A stretch of DNA of 53,412 nt from Catajapyx aquilonaris. Lineage: Eukaryota. The DNA lies in contig KZ538700.1 of NCBI GenBank assembly GCA_000934665.2, positions 1 to 53,412 on the forward strand, written 5' to 3'. A model generated the notes under the pieces. The model worked only from the letters and a program-made list of their open reading frames with translations. It was not told the DNA's origin and made no database searches. This document shows, piece after piece, positions 1 through 11,055 of the stretch (positions are counted from its first letter, which is position 1; each line of letters starts with the position of its first letter). The translations under genes and the position numbers were made by a program.

Positions 1-946
1 ATTTGTGTGCATTTATAGCCCTTTTCCTCTTTTCCACATCTCGACTGGCTGCATTTCCAGGGTGTGCATATTGTTCTGTGCTTGTGCAAGTGAAATCTGT
101 TGGCTACCTACTGGCGCATCTCATTGACTGACTTTGTACATTTTATGTCGTTATAATAAGGGGCCTCTAACATGATCCTGCCCCGGGCCTCAGACAAGCT
201 CTGCAGGGCCCTGTTACCAGCTGTCATTGAAAATGCCAACCGGTGCCAGCTGCGCGAACTGTGGTACGCACTGGGTTGCGATCGTTAAAAAAAAATCATA
301 TGTAGTTTGGAACGGAGAGGAACAAAAGGATTTTAACATAAGGTAGGATGCATCTCCTTCAAAAAAATAAAATAAAATAAAAATAAAAATAAAAAATCAG
401 CGAGAAAACCGGACTTTAATATTTTAAGATCGAGTTAACATTGTGCGTGATGAATACAGAGCTATTGCAGTGCAAGGCATTTTTTCCCCTCCTGTATGAT
501 GGTTATTTTAGTGGGCGTGGTTGTTGCTGTAATAGTGCATATCCAGTTTCCTGCGAAGCAGCATTGCGTGTGTTGAGATATTGTTACAGGACAGGAAGCG
601 AGAATATTGAAAGGCAGAGTGGAAACCTCCATGGTGAAGGACTCCCCTTGCTCACACGCAGTGGAATTCAAGCAATATTGGCATTACATCATGAGATACA
701 CACTCACATATCTGCACAATTTGCATGACTGACAGGTATGTACTATAATTCGCACAGAGGAAGCACATGTAACATCTGTGAAGCACCTGTGGCTCATATC
801 CGGGTCTTAATGTTATTAATTTAACACTTTTTCTATGCAATATATTGCTTAATAATAAGAGCAAATCTTAAAGAACCATATTCAATATGGACAGTTTTTT
901 GTCTGACTAAACGACTACTATCCGAACATGTTTTTATTAAAAATTG

Positions 947-1095
947 TATCGATAATTTTGATATTATATCAGCCCAACGTAATCTTCGTATCAGACTCTT
1001 GAACGATTATAGCTTATCCACTGTTACTCTGTCGAAAAAGGCTAGTAAAGCATTGAGGGTGATGTAGTGCGGACAGATTTTAGTGCGTGTCAGTT
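947..1095 (+). promoter_or_regulatory. Putative core promoter of the DUF229 gene (DRE + initiator)
   Basis: Exact DRE palindrome TATCGATA at 947-954 and arthropod Inr-like TCAGTT at 1090-1095, about 30 nt before the first ATG. Confidence 0.5.
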
Positions 1096-1120
1096 TGGTG
1101 CTTATTGTTGTTGATAGTGG

Positions 1121-3353
1121 ATGTCCATTCTGAGAAATCGTACCATTCAGCTACCGGTTTGCAGAACAATGCTGCGAATGAGCGGCTGGAAGTTATTTTT
1201 AGTCTGCGTTGCGTCACTGCTTGTGTACTTGTTATACTCCAGTTGGTTCAGCGTTTCTCAGAAGTCGCGTCTAATTTCAACTACAGAACAGTGGATTCCT
1301 GCAGTAATTACAGAACCGCCTGATATGCCAGAGGTGTTACCATCAATGCCACCAACAGAGTCACAGGTGTTGTGTGCGATTCCTAAAATGGATCCAATGG
1401 ATCCGTCGATCAGAGAGTTTATATTTACTCCAGAGCCAGTGTCATGCGGAAACGCATCTCTGTTCACATCCGAGATGGACCAGTTAATTTTTCACAGGGA
1501 CAGACTCCGAGAGTATGGAATCTCATCAGAAGATTACTCGTGCTGCTATCAAGAGCTGAGCAGAATCCAATCCGAAACAAAAGGAAAGGACGCAGACAAT
1601 CTAAAAAAGTACGTCACTTTTTTCATATTAGCCAAGCAGGTTAGTCAACTGACCTGGTTTAATTTGTGCGCAGGTACAGCGATAACTGTATCCGACTGGA
1701 TAGTGATGTAACCACTATTGAGGCCGAGTTCATAAGAATAACTTGTCGGAGCGATAACGACACAATGTTTTACAAGGACTTCCAGCTGTTTGTTCCTCGC
1801 AAAGTAGCTGTTGAGGAACGCATCCGCAACACTAATGGGACCGACGGGGTAATGTAAATTTGCATACATAGTAGCCTACACTAACAATAAGTACCTATAT
1901 CTCCCAGAACGAGATAATGCAAACATGTGACGTTAAGTGCTCTTCTGTCACTTCTAGCTAAGCGTATTAGTGATTGGTTCAGACGCGGTGTCTCGACTGA
2001 ACATGATACGTCAGATGCCAGAAACTTTAAAGTTCCTTCAGGACATGGGTGCTATAGACATGCAAGGTCATCATAAGGTGGCAGACAACACTTTTCCCAA
2101 CCTGATTCCTGTGCTGGCTGGTCTGACCGAGAAGGAGCTTCGGAAAAATTGCTGGCATTCCATCACCAAGAGTCACTTCGACACCTGTCCTTTCATCTGG
2201 AAGGACTTTGCAGGGAAAGGGTACCGTACAGTGTACGGAGAGGACATCGGATGGATGGGTGTCTTCACGCACAACAGAAGAGGATTCATGGTTCAGCCCA
2301 CGGATTATTACATCAGGCCTGTTGAGATGGCCATGTACGACGAGATTGGACACGTCGGTGGTCTTCTTAGCAACCTGTGCTACGGACCTCGTCTTACAAT
2401 GCAGGTCCGAATTGTTGCTGGTATTCAAGCTGAAACAAAGTAATTGCTGGACATTCAATTTTCAGATGATGTTGGATTATGCCGAAAAAGTCGCCAAGAC
2501 CTTCGCCAACGACAAACATTTCACTTTCTTATGGTGTGGAGGGCTAACACACGACTATGTCAACTACGCCAGATTGGCTGACCCCTTGGTTCTGAACCTC
2601 CTTCAGAATCTTAGGACCAGAAGAGCGTTGAACCAGACCGCCCTGGTGTTCATGAGCGATCACGGAATCAGATACGGCGATATCCTTAAGACCTACCAAG
2701 GAAAACTGGAAGGCCGTCTACCTTTTCTCTACTTCGTGTTTCCGGAATGGTTTTTGAGCAAATACAACGTCGCTGTTGAAAACCTCCGCCGAAACTCGAA
2801 GCTCCTGACCAGTCATTTCGATCTGCACGAAACGCTGCTGGACTTGTCAGATTTGTCCTCTCTGACTCCTGAATCAATCGAGCGACGCACAAAAGAACTG
2901 TCCAACCCGAGAGGAATCAGCATGTTCCTTCCAATACCGACAGAGAGGAATTGCTTCGAAGCCGGGATTGCAAATCACTGGTGCACCTGCCACACTTCGA
3001 AGCCAATACCGATCGATGACCCCCGTGTGAACATGTCGTCTCACTTTGTCATAAACAGCTTGAACCATATGCTGTCTTCTCATATGAAGTGCGCGGAATT
3101 GAGGCTGTCTAAGGCCTTGGAGGCCATGGAGCAGTTTCCGATCAACTCGGAACTAGCTGCGAAACAGACCAATTCTCACATACTGCTGACCATTGAGGCC
3201 GAACCTAGCGGCGCCATTTTGGAGGCCACGGTGATACATCACCCGGACGGTCAGATGAAACTTGGTGGTGAAATTGGTCGGAACAATCTGTACCGAGATC
3301 AGAGTTGGTGCGTTGACGATTATGTGCTGAAGAAGTATTGCTATTGTGTATGA
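1121..3353 (+). CDS. DUF229-family (alkaline phosphatase-like superfamily) type II membrane protein; exons 1121-1608, 1674-1848, 1958-2404, 2466-3353 (1998 nt, 665 aa)
   Basis: Four ORF pieces join in frame through canonical GT-AG introns (phases 2, 0, 0). Motifs typical of DUF229: N-terminal TM anchor (LFLVCVASLLVYLLY), CxIPxxDP, SCCY, VLVIGSDAVSRLN..RQMPET, KVADNTFPNL, CPFIWKDF..KGYRT, PTDYYIRP, LTHD, MSDHGIRYG, QGKLEGRLP, LTSHFDLHETL, RNCFEAGIANHWCTC, C-terminal KKYCYC. Start could alternatively be the ATG at 1169 or 1178. Confidence 0.93.
1609..1673 (+). other. Intron 1 of DUF229 gene (65 nt, phase 2)
   Basis: Donor GTACGT at 1609, acceptor TGCGCAG ending 1673; restores LKK-YSDNC frame. 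Confidence 0.85.
1849..1957 (+). other. Intron 2 of DUF229 gene (109 nt, phase 0)
   Basis: Donor GTAATG at 1849, pyrimidine tract and TTCTAG ending 1957; gives TDG-LSVLVIGSD. Confidence 0.85.
2405..2465 (+). other. Intron 3 of DUF229 gene (61 nt, phase 0)
   Basis: CAG/GTCCGA donor, TTTTCAG acceptor; gives RLTMQ-MMLDYA. Confidence 0.85.
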
Positions 3354-3413
3354 CACTTGTTAACCAAACTTGGAAAATCACGCGAGTGTGATTCGAGTAG
3401 ACATTTTCTCCCA

Positions 3414-3444
3414 CGGACGGACGGACGGACAGACGGACAGACAG
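3414..3444 (+). repeat. (GGAC/AGAC)n tetranucleotide microsatellite just 3' of the stop codon
   Basis: cggacggacggacggacagacggacagacaga. Confidence 0.8.
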
Positions 3445-3458
3445 AGAAGTCTAAAAAT

Positions 3459-3464
3459 AATAAA
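3459..3464 (+). terminator. Candidate polyadenylation signal
   Basis: AATAAA about 105 nt after the stop codon, followed by T-rich sequence. Confidence 0.4.
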
Positions 3465-4010
3465 TTGTTCAGTTTTTAGGTATTTATTTTACATCCAAGT
3501 CCACCAGCACGTTAGTGCCAATCATTTTTTTGCCACAGATATGTCACATTGGCGTAAAAATCCGGTTCAGTTGCTGCGTTGCCCGGACAACCTGGTTCCG
3601 GGGAGTTTTGCCCCCTCCCCACTTCCCCTCCACTTCCCCTCCATCCCTTTTATCATGGCAAATGAGGTATGTGCAGGTATCAGAGCTTCAATCAGAGCTG
3701 GGGAAATAATTTAATTTGGCGCGTGTGCGAGAGGCGGGTGCTGTTTTGATGCACTTCATTACAATTTCAGGAGTGCGGATGTGCAAAGAGGGGGGCTTTT
3801 CCTGCTTGCCTTTTACACAAATAAAGCAGAAGCTGGGGATGGGACCAGTATAGGAAGTCAAATGTGACCAGGATTGCCAAATTGTGTTAAAAAAAACATC
3901 CGTTTTCCTATATACTACGAACTGGACTGGTCAGATTTATTGGTTAAATCTGGGAACAACATTTTTTATATACATAAGTATAGGACACGACAATTAGTTA
4001 TTATGTAAGT

Positions 4011-4065
4011 TCTATCTTACGTATATATAAAAAAACAGAAAGTTTGTTGGTATGTATGTCACTGC
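4011..4065 (+). mobile_element. Possible Helitron-like 5' end remnant
   Basis: TCTATC...TATATAAAA...GAAAGTTTGTTGGTATGTATGTC resembles the 5'-TC start plus (TTTG/TATG) repeats of insect non-autonomous Helitrons; 3' end not found. Confidence 0.3.
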
Positions 4066-6074
4066 TACCCAGCCCACTTTCTGACACTGAGAGTGCTGAA
4101 ACTTGTTTGTTCATCAACATACAAATTATACAAAATAATAATAATTCTGGGTAAAGGCAATATCTGGGATTGTCGTTTTTTTTAAACACACTGTCGTTTG
4201 CCTGATTATTCTACATTTTACGCAAATCATAACATGACGTTGCATAATGCGAGTACTGCGGACAGAATACTAATTGGTATGATGGAAGCAACTTCACACG
4301 CTACTGCCATCAAACTTCTCTTTTTTTTCGTTAAAATTTTTTTTGTGGAGAGCTGTTTTCAAGCGCCACATATCCGCTGCAGACATGGTGGGGGGGAAGT
4401 GGAGGAGGGAGGGAGAGAGAGGGAGAGAATGATGAATGGAAACAAAAGAGAAAAGTCTCCGAACAATATGGCGTGAACAGGGAGATTTTAAACCGCATGA
4501 CAAAGATTAATTTATTATGCTCCGGAGCTCTTGTCAAGCTTGGGGGGGTTAATATGTTGTCGAGTTGAGAGTAATCCTTTCTCGTCTACCTCCCCCGCTT
4601 TCCCCCACTTTTTTTTCCATCCCCCACCCCTTTCCAACACAAGTTGGGTCGCGACATGTGGGCGTTCAATCAGAAATTATTAAACTTTCCGATGTACTGT
4701 ACAATAGTCAAAAGATACACAGGGTGGTTCAAAAAAAAAATCACAGCATACAGCTGGAGAATTTGCGATAAGTGAATGGCCATTTTTAATTCTCCGCCCG
4801 GATTATTTTGGCATGTTTGACAAACAACCCGGTTAAAATAAAATGTGAGTCGATAATATCAGCCGGTTCGGTATTAGTGCACGCAGAGTGTAATTAATTG
4901 CGGCACTTAGCTCGTTATTTATAGCGTTATTAAGACCGGAAGCTATAACTTTGGATGGTTTTAGTAAGACATACTTATTTCGATTTTAAAACTGGACACT
5001 TGAATATTTGCCAAAACGAGATAAGTGCGGTTGGGATTAAATATTTTGCCAAATTCTTGCAATTTTTTTTACTTTGTGGTTACATAAAACAACACGATGT
5101 GTTTATTGCATCCATTTAGACTCACTTCCCCTATTTTTATCCCCTGTGCCAAAATCGATCTCAGACGGTTATTACTCGAGTATATAGGGTAACGCGGAAA
5201 TATCCATTGTAAATTTTCCCTCCTTCTTCTTCTCCTCCTCTTTTTTTTTTGGAACAAATATACCCCCACCAACTATTATGACTTTTCTTTCTTCCTGGCT
5301 TTCCATTTCCAAAAAAAAGGCCCCATTCCACTCATCACCAAACTTTCTCCCGGATTTTCTGGTTCGTTCTGAAATTTAATTAAACCGGGAAAAGGAAGAA
5401 AAAAAAGTGCGACGGAAGGAAAGCGGGGAAAAAAATCCGCATACCACTAACGTAAGAGGTGGGAGGTGGGGAGGGGAGGAGAAGACGGATTTTTTTTTTT
5501 TTGAAGGAGTCGTCCCTAAATGCATTTTCCATTTTTCCTTTTTTTTTGTGTCCAAAAGATCGGAAGGGAATAAATGGAATTGTGGGAGAATGACGAAAAT
5601 AGTGCAATTATTGGAAATCCGCAGGGGAAATGTCATTTTCGTGTCCCGTCAGGTCCACTATTAAAACCTCTTTTCTTTCAATTCTTTTTCCTCCCCTCCT
5701 CCATTCTTTTCATCTGACCAACTTTTTAGCTAATAAAGCTATTGGCAAAATAATTACGATATTAGTTTCTTAAGCACTCTTTTAATTAGGGGATGCTGGC
5801 TGAATGAGGTGGGGAGGATGAAATATGAGGGGATTTGATGGACAGCTGGCGTTGGAAACAGAAAATTGGAGGAAAAAAAGCTGAGTCGAATGGTCATTCA
5901 TCACTCTGGAGGGGAAGAGACTTCGATCTGGATTCATGGCTATTTTTGGGGGGAAGGATTGGCCGGCACTAAATATCTGGAGTGATGAATTGGCACTGAT
6001 CAGGACTTGGGAGTTGTGATTTGTTCAGGATTTTGAGCGGACTAATTTTATCCGGAGACAAACAACATTGGGCT

Positions 6075-6237
6075 AAGCTTTCATATTGGGAAACCCCGCA
6101 CTTTTACCTACTTTCCTAGGCTTGTATCCACTGAAGGATAGGCGTGTATAGGCTAGCAAGGAAAGTTAGGTCACGGGATATGTTGGTACAGCGTGCCCCT
6201 ACCTCTGCCACATTCGGTCTCCCGATATGAAAGTCTT
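6075..6237. mobile_element. Degenerate MITE, family A copy 1
   Basis: Imperfect TIRs GCTTTCATATTGGGAAACC / GGTCTCCCGATATGAAAGTC; interior CCTACTTTCCTA..GTATCC.CTGAA.GATAGG.GTGTAT..AAGGAA.GTTAGGTCA is shared with 51330-51455. Confidence 0.65.
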
Positions 6238-7594
6238 TCCCAACGTTGCATATATTTCTTGAAGCGACGACCATCCATCCAACAAGGACCAACCCAAAAG
6301 AATCCGGTGGATCGACGGAGATCCACTGGTTTCATACAGATACCCTTTGTAAACCGATCACGAACAAGCTATATTGATTGGCTTTGTTATCTTTCCCTTT
6401 TCCACAGTCGGACATGTGTTTTTATAGGCGACCCCCCCTGTAAAGGGCTCTTCCGTTTGTTTGTTTTTCCTTTTTCTTCAGATCCTCTGTTTTCATAACT
6501 TTTTATTGGTCTAGAGAGAGAGGGGGACCTTAACCCTATATTAGTACAGTACAACACCCTTTTCCGGACATTCCCGGATTGATTGAAATGTCAGGGAGTA
6601 AAATCAGGTGGGCCATTCATAAGGAAGGGATGTGTGACGAGTGGTTTTCGGGGAGTGGGAAAAGATCCGGTCGGTTAACGTTTCCGGACTCATTCCCACG
6701 GTGATGATATCCGGTAAAATCCGGGGGGCGAGAGGACAAACCGGACTGCGTTGCTCTTCCATTAACTCGTCTCTGCCGGTTGTCTGCAACGCAATTATTT
6801 TCTTTCTTGGAAGATTAGGCGACGTCGCCAGAAATAATTGGAAAAGCCGACTGTTCTCATTAAGAGAAGTCAACAAGCGACATTTTTTTTTGGAGAAAAG
6901 TCTTGCACATTTTTTTTTAAGGTTCCTTTTTCTGCCTATAAGTTGAGGGCGGCACGGTTACGGAACCGCGGCAATCCGGCCACTTGTGGGGCAATGTCGT
7001 GTGAAATTGAGAAAGTCAAGGTGCGCCTCTGTGGAGTGGTTGGGTTGGGTTGGGTTGGGTGGGTGGAGTGAGAATCCGGAGAATTTTTTTTTCCGAGAGG
7101 GGGGTGTTCCCAGAGGATTTTGTCAGTTTTTTTTTCAGGGTCCCATTTTGGAGATGAACGCGGAAAATTTCACGGCTGGCAACGTTCTATTTTATTTGAG
7201 GCCAAAAGTTGAAATGTCGTTCATCAGGACAGGCATGGGAAGGTGGGTGGAAGTTGGCTGGGGTGAACGACATATATTTTTTTTTGGTCTCTGCACAAAA
7301 ATGTTTAAAAAGAAAAATTAATGTTAAGACATTACATAAATGGTCTGCAAAATATCTCAACGTGTGACAATAACTACATTAACAATTGGTGTCCAGACTG
7401 CTGACGGTCATTACATGAGATCTAACACGTTGGGTGTACGCCGTACACAATTTTATGCCAATTTAACAGACTGATTAATTGATATTTATTTGCTATTAAA
7501 ATCCGCGAGAAGTATTGACAAACCGCAAATATTTCCCCGGAATAAAATCCGGATCACATCATGGATATGATTTTATGCTCATATAATGACGCGG

Positions 7595-7662
<68 letters not shown>
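7595..7662. repeat. (ATT)n microsatellite, about 22 units
   Basis: Pure ATT run; explains the poly-Ile ORF 7586-7822. Confidence 0.97.
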
Positions 7663-7664
<2 letters not shown>

Positions 7665-8572
7665 CGGCTGTGATTGGCATATTGGCAAATTGGGTTATCT
7701 CAGTGAATCAAAAGGGTCGAGAGTGGGTTGAATGGATGAAGATTTCAGATGTAATCTCGTTATGCAATCTGGTCGCTGGACCAAAAGGGGGGGGGGGGGN
7801 GGAATGGTTGATACTTGAATAATAATAAAATAAAATCTGGACGCTCTACTTTTTTTAATGAGAGCTGTTAATAAGTACGGTTGTGCTCACGCTGTATGCC
7901 AATATTTTTTTTGCCAAGTTCGGAGTTTAATTAACCTGAGATATGGCAGCAGGTTACACTTTGAACGTGCAACCAGAAACGCATGAAGCCCTGTGTAGAG
8001 TTAATGAACTAAATGCATTTCATGCAGCGTATTCCCTCTTGCGGTCATAACTTTTTTCGCGGATTTCACATAAATGATGCGGTTTTTTATCAGCAGATCC
8101 TTACGCGTCTGCATTAGCCAAACCGCTACAAAGGTTTATTGCCGAGTGTAAACATGAAAGTCATAAAGTGCAATGCTTCAATTTTTGTACAAAAAATGCA
8201 CGTCAAAATATGCAAAGGCTGGCTTTTTTTCCAACTTTTGTTTTTGTTAGACCAGCAAAGTTTGAAGCCCTTATTTTGTAAACGGATATTTGAGTAATAA
8301 TTACTTAATATTGTAACAGGATAGCATCATTTATTATCCATCCTGACAAGGATATGTACAAAAGGCTTTGGACTCCTATAGGTGCTTATTGTTTTAAAAG
8401 TTAGCTTATGAAACTTTAATCTCATCAAAGTTGTTTAAAAAAAGTATTTCTGCTTCCTTGTGAATGACCGATGTTCAGATATTTTTGCAAAAATTTCAGG
8501 TGGATATATTTGAGAAAATCCCTCTTCACTTTGAGCACATGAAATAATTCTTATGATACGATAGAAAAACGC

Positions 8573-8661
8573 GTTTACATGTGAGCGATTTGATCAGCGA
8601 TTTTGCAGCGATGACGTCCCTGCAACATCGCTGATCAAATCGCTCACATGTAAACTCAGCT
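8573..8661. mobile_element. Palindromic MITE-like element (Harbinger-like end)
   Basis: 29-bp perfect inverted repeat GTTTACATGTGAGCGATTTGATCAGCGAT; right end reads AGCTGAGTTTACAT on minus strand next to TAA. Confidence 0.65.
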
Positions 8662-9424
8662 TAAAATTATGTACAAGTATCCACATAAGGATGTCGCACT
8701 ACACAACCTATCTTCATACAAGTTTCAATTGCGGACCAACTTTGAATATTTTCGATTGAATGTATGTGCCGAAAAAAAAGGACACGAGACGTTGAACCTA
8801 GAGTCGCGTTTTTTTCTCTCTCCCTTTTCTTTATCTTTTCTCTCTGTGTTTTTTTTTTATATGCAAAGGTGTAGTGCTTCTATATCATCACTTGGGGAAG
8901 TGGCGAAACTGAACTGACGGGACGGAACACGAGCATTTCGACTAGGCAAGTGGAGAAGAAAGGAAGGAATCGCAGCAGTTGACATCTTCCGTTGTGCAGA
9001 AGGCGCTTCCCAACTGCCCCATTTCCATTCTGATGCAAGAGAAGAGTGGATGAGATTTTTTTTTTCTTCGTCTTCTCCTTCCCCCCCACCTTCTTTTCCT
9101 CCCACCTACACCCCTCCCACCAACTTTCGTGTGCATCTCGCCTAGCTGCTTTGCACTCCAGACATGTCAGAATCCTGCGCGTGATGATGTTTTCTCTACT
9201 TCCCAGCCCAGCTAAACTTGGTTTTTTTTCACGCCCCCCCCCCTCTCTCTCCCTAAATTCAGTTAATATTCTATAACTGGTATATATGAAAAGGGTGGGG
9301 TGAAAATCTTTTGGGACATAAATGTGGGTGCCTAAGGTTGACTTCGCAGCACTTTTTTAAGCTTGAGAAACATCCAACGTGGAGATACAAAAAAGAAGAA
9401 AAATAAATAATTGCTTACAGTACA

Positions 9425-9471
9425 ATAACATTCAACCCATTTGAATAACATTCAAATGGGCTGAAAGTTAT
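9425..9471. repeat. Short inverted repeat
   Basis: ATAACATTCAACCCATTTGAAT / ATTCAAATGGGCTGAAAGTTAT, 20/22 paired, 3-nt loop. Confidence 0.7.
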
Positions 9472-9535
9472 ATCTGTACATCCGTACTGTAGTACTGTAC
9501 ATTGTTCCAAGTGAAAATGAAACAGACTCCTAATA

Positions 9536-9593
9536 TGAATTGTGTATTGTCCCGAACATATTACAATGTATGTCCTGGACAATACACAATTCA
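9536..9593. repeat. 58-nt near-perfect hairpin
   Basis: TGAATTGTGTATTGTCC ... GGACAATACACAATTCA (17 bp perfect) extended by ACATA/TATGT, 8-nt loop. Confidence 0.75.
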
Positions 9594-10376
9594 CAGAAAG
9601 TGAAATACCACTTAATATTCAATTGTTACATCTTATTGCTAGGTACATTGTTCCAAGTGATGCATAGGTTGATTCTTCATTCCAGTTCGTTTCAATATTG
9701 CAAATCTTTCATGTCACATACACGATTTAAAACTAGCAAAATTACAAAGGAATAGCTTTAGGCTGGTTTCAATACTTTTGAAGCCTTTATGTCAATATAA
9801 TGATGGGTAATCGGCGGCCTAATTGATCGCAGTGTTATTATAAAACCCGCGGAAAATGCGGGCATTAATTTGTTAATGACTTGCAAGTCATTATCGCATG
9901 ACTTCATTTGCAGTATTGTATTATAATGTAATCGGGTTAATCCTAATTGAAAATTTCCAACCAATAAACGAGAATTAAGTCCTTAGCACGAGTTCGCGAG
10001 ACCTTTAAATTAGATGAAGCTTTGGAATTAAGTGATTAGCTTCCAGCCCTCCCCACCCACTCAACCGTTCTTTTTACACTGCAAAATAATGGGACAGGGA
10101 CTCATCTGCACCAAATTTTGCATTGTCCCGGAAAACAGTAGCCGCTTAAAAGTTGTAATTCCTATGACCGAAGTGGATTACCCGCATGAATAATAAAGGT
10201 CGGCATGCACACTATATGTGCTGCGATTCACAAGTATTTTACTACTATTTCGACTGCCTGGCGTCTGAGGGCAGCACGTTCTGTGCGCAGTGAAGTAAAG
10301 TGGGGAAATTTGACTCCACACGTTCATCTGCGCAGGCGCTATTTTTTTTTACAAACACGAACATGCGCAGAATAGA

Positions 10377-10510
10377 CAGTCGCGGAAATGAATAAGGTAG
10401 CAGACCTGAAGCTCAAATTAGCCTCCTCTTCACAACTGGTGAGAGGGATCGCCTCTATTGGAGGCTAATTTTTGAGCTTCAGGTCTGCTACCATACTCAT
10501 TTCCCCTGTG
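10377..10510. mobile_element. Palindromic MITE-like element
   Basis: GGTAGCAGACCTGAAGCTCAAA-TTAGCCTCC (10396) pairs with GGAGGCTAATTTTTGAGCTTCAGGTCTGCTACC (to 10492); extends to GGAAATGAATA / TACTCATTTCC. Confidence 0.7.
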
Positions 10511-11013
10511 CACTCTTTTTTTAAAAAAACATCCCATTTTATTGTTTCATTTCCTTAACGCTCGAAAAAATCAAAAGACATCCTCCGTCTCCTGGTGGAG
10601 GCAAGGTTGGAATGCAAATGTCGAGGGGGATCGCATCGAATGGTAATGACCCATTAGAAGCAAGGGAGGGCCCAAAGTCAGATTACCTTGAGGGTGGTAA
10701 AGGCGAAAATGGAGGCCACATTTTCTCGGTTCTAGGCCATGGAAGGGGTGGGGAGAGAGGTGTAGCATCGAGGCGGGGTGTGGGCCATGAGCGAAAAAGT
10801 CAGGAGTCTGCGGAAGGAAATAGACTCTCATCACTCCCTTGGCTTTATTTGGCCATCGGAGTTCTCCACAATCCTCGTGGGGCCCGTTAGACTCGATGGT
10901 GGTGGTGCAGGGTTGGGTGGTAGTGGAAAGGAAAAGTAAAAGTGATCCGGATTTTCTGTGTGCGCCTTTCCACGACATTTGCAGTACATGTCCTCCAACA
11001 ATCATTCAATAAG

Positions 11014-11055
11014 TACAAGGTGTTCCCAACAACAGCTTTTTTCTAACACCCTGTA
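11014..11055. mobile_element. Minimal Tc1/mariner-like footprint
   Basis: TA-CAAGGTGTT ... AACACCCTG-TA inverted termini with TA flanks. Confidence 0.4.

Noticed and set aside
441..741. Upstream coding exon ending at CAG/GTATG
   Set aside because: No protein-like frame; the DUF229 gene is complete without it
6653..6700. Paired Su(H) site
   Set aside because: First site is imperfect and the spacing of about 30 nt does not fit the paired-site geometry
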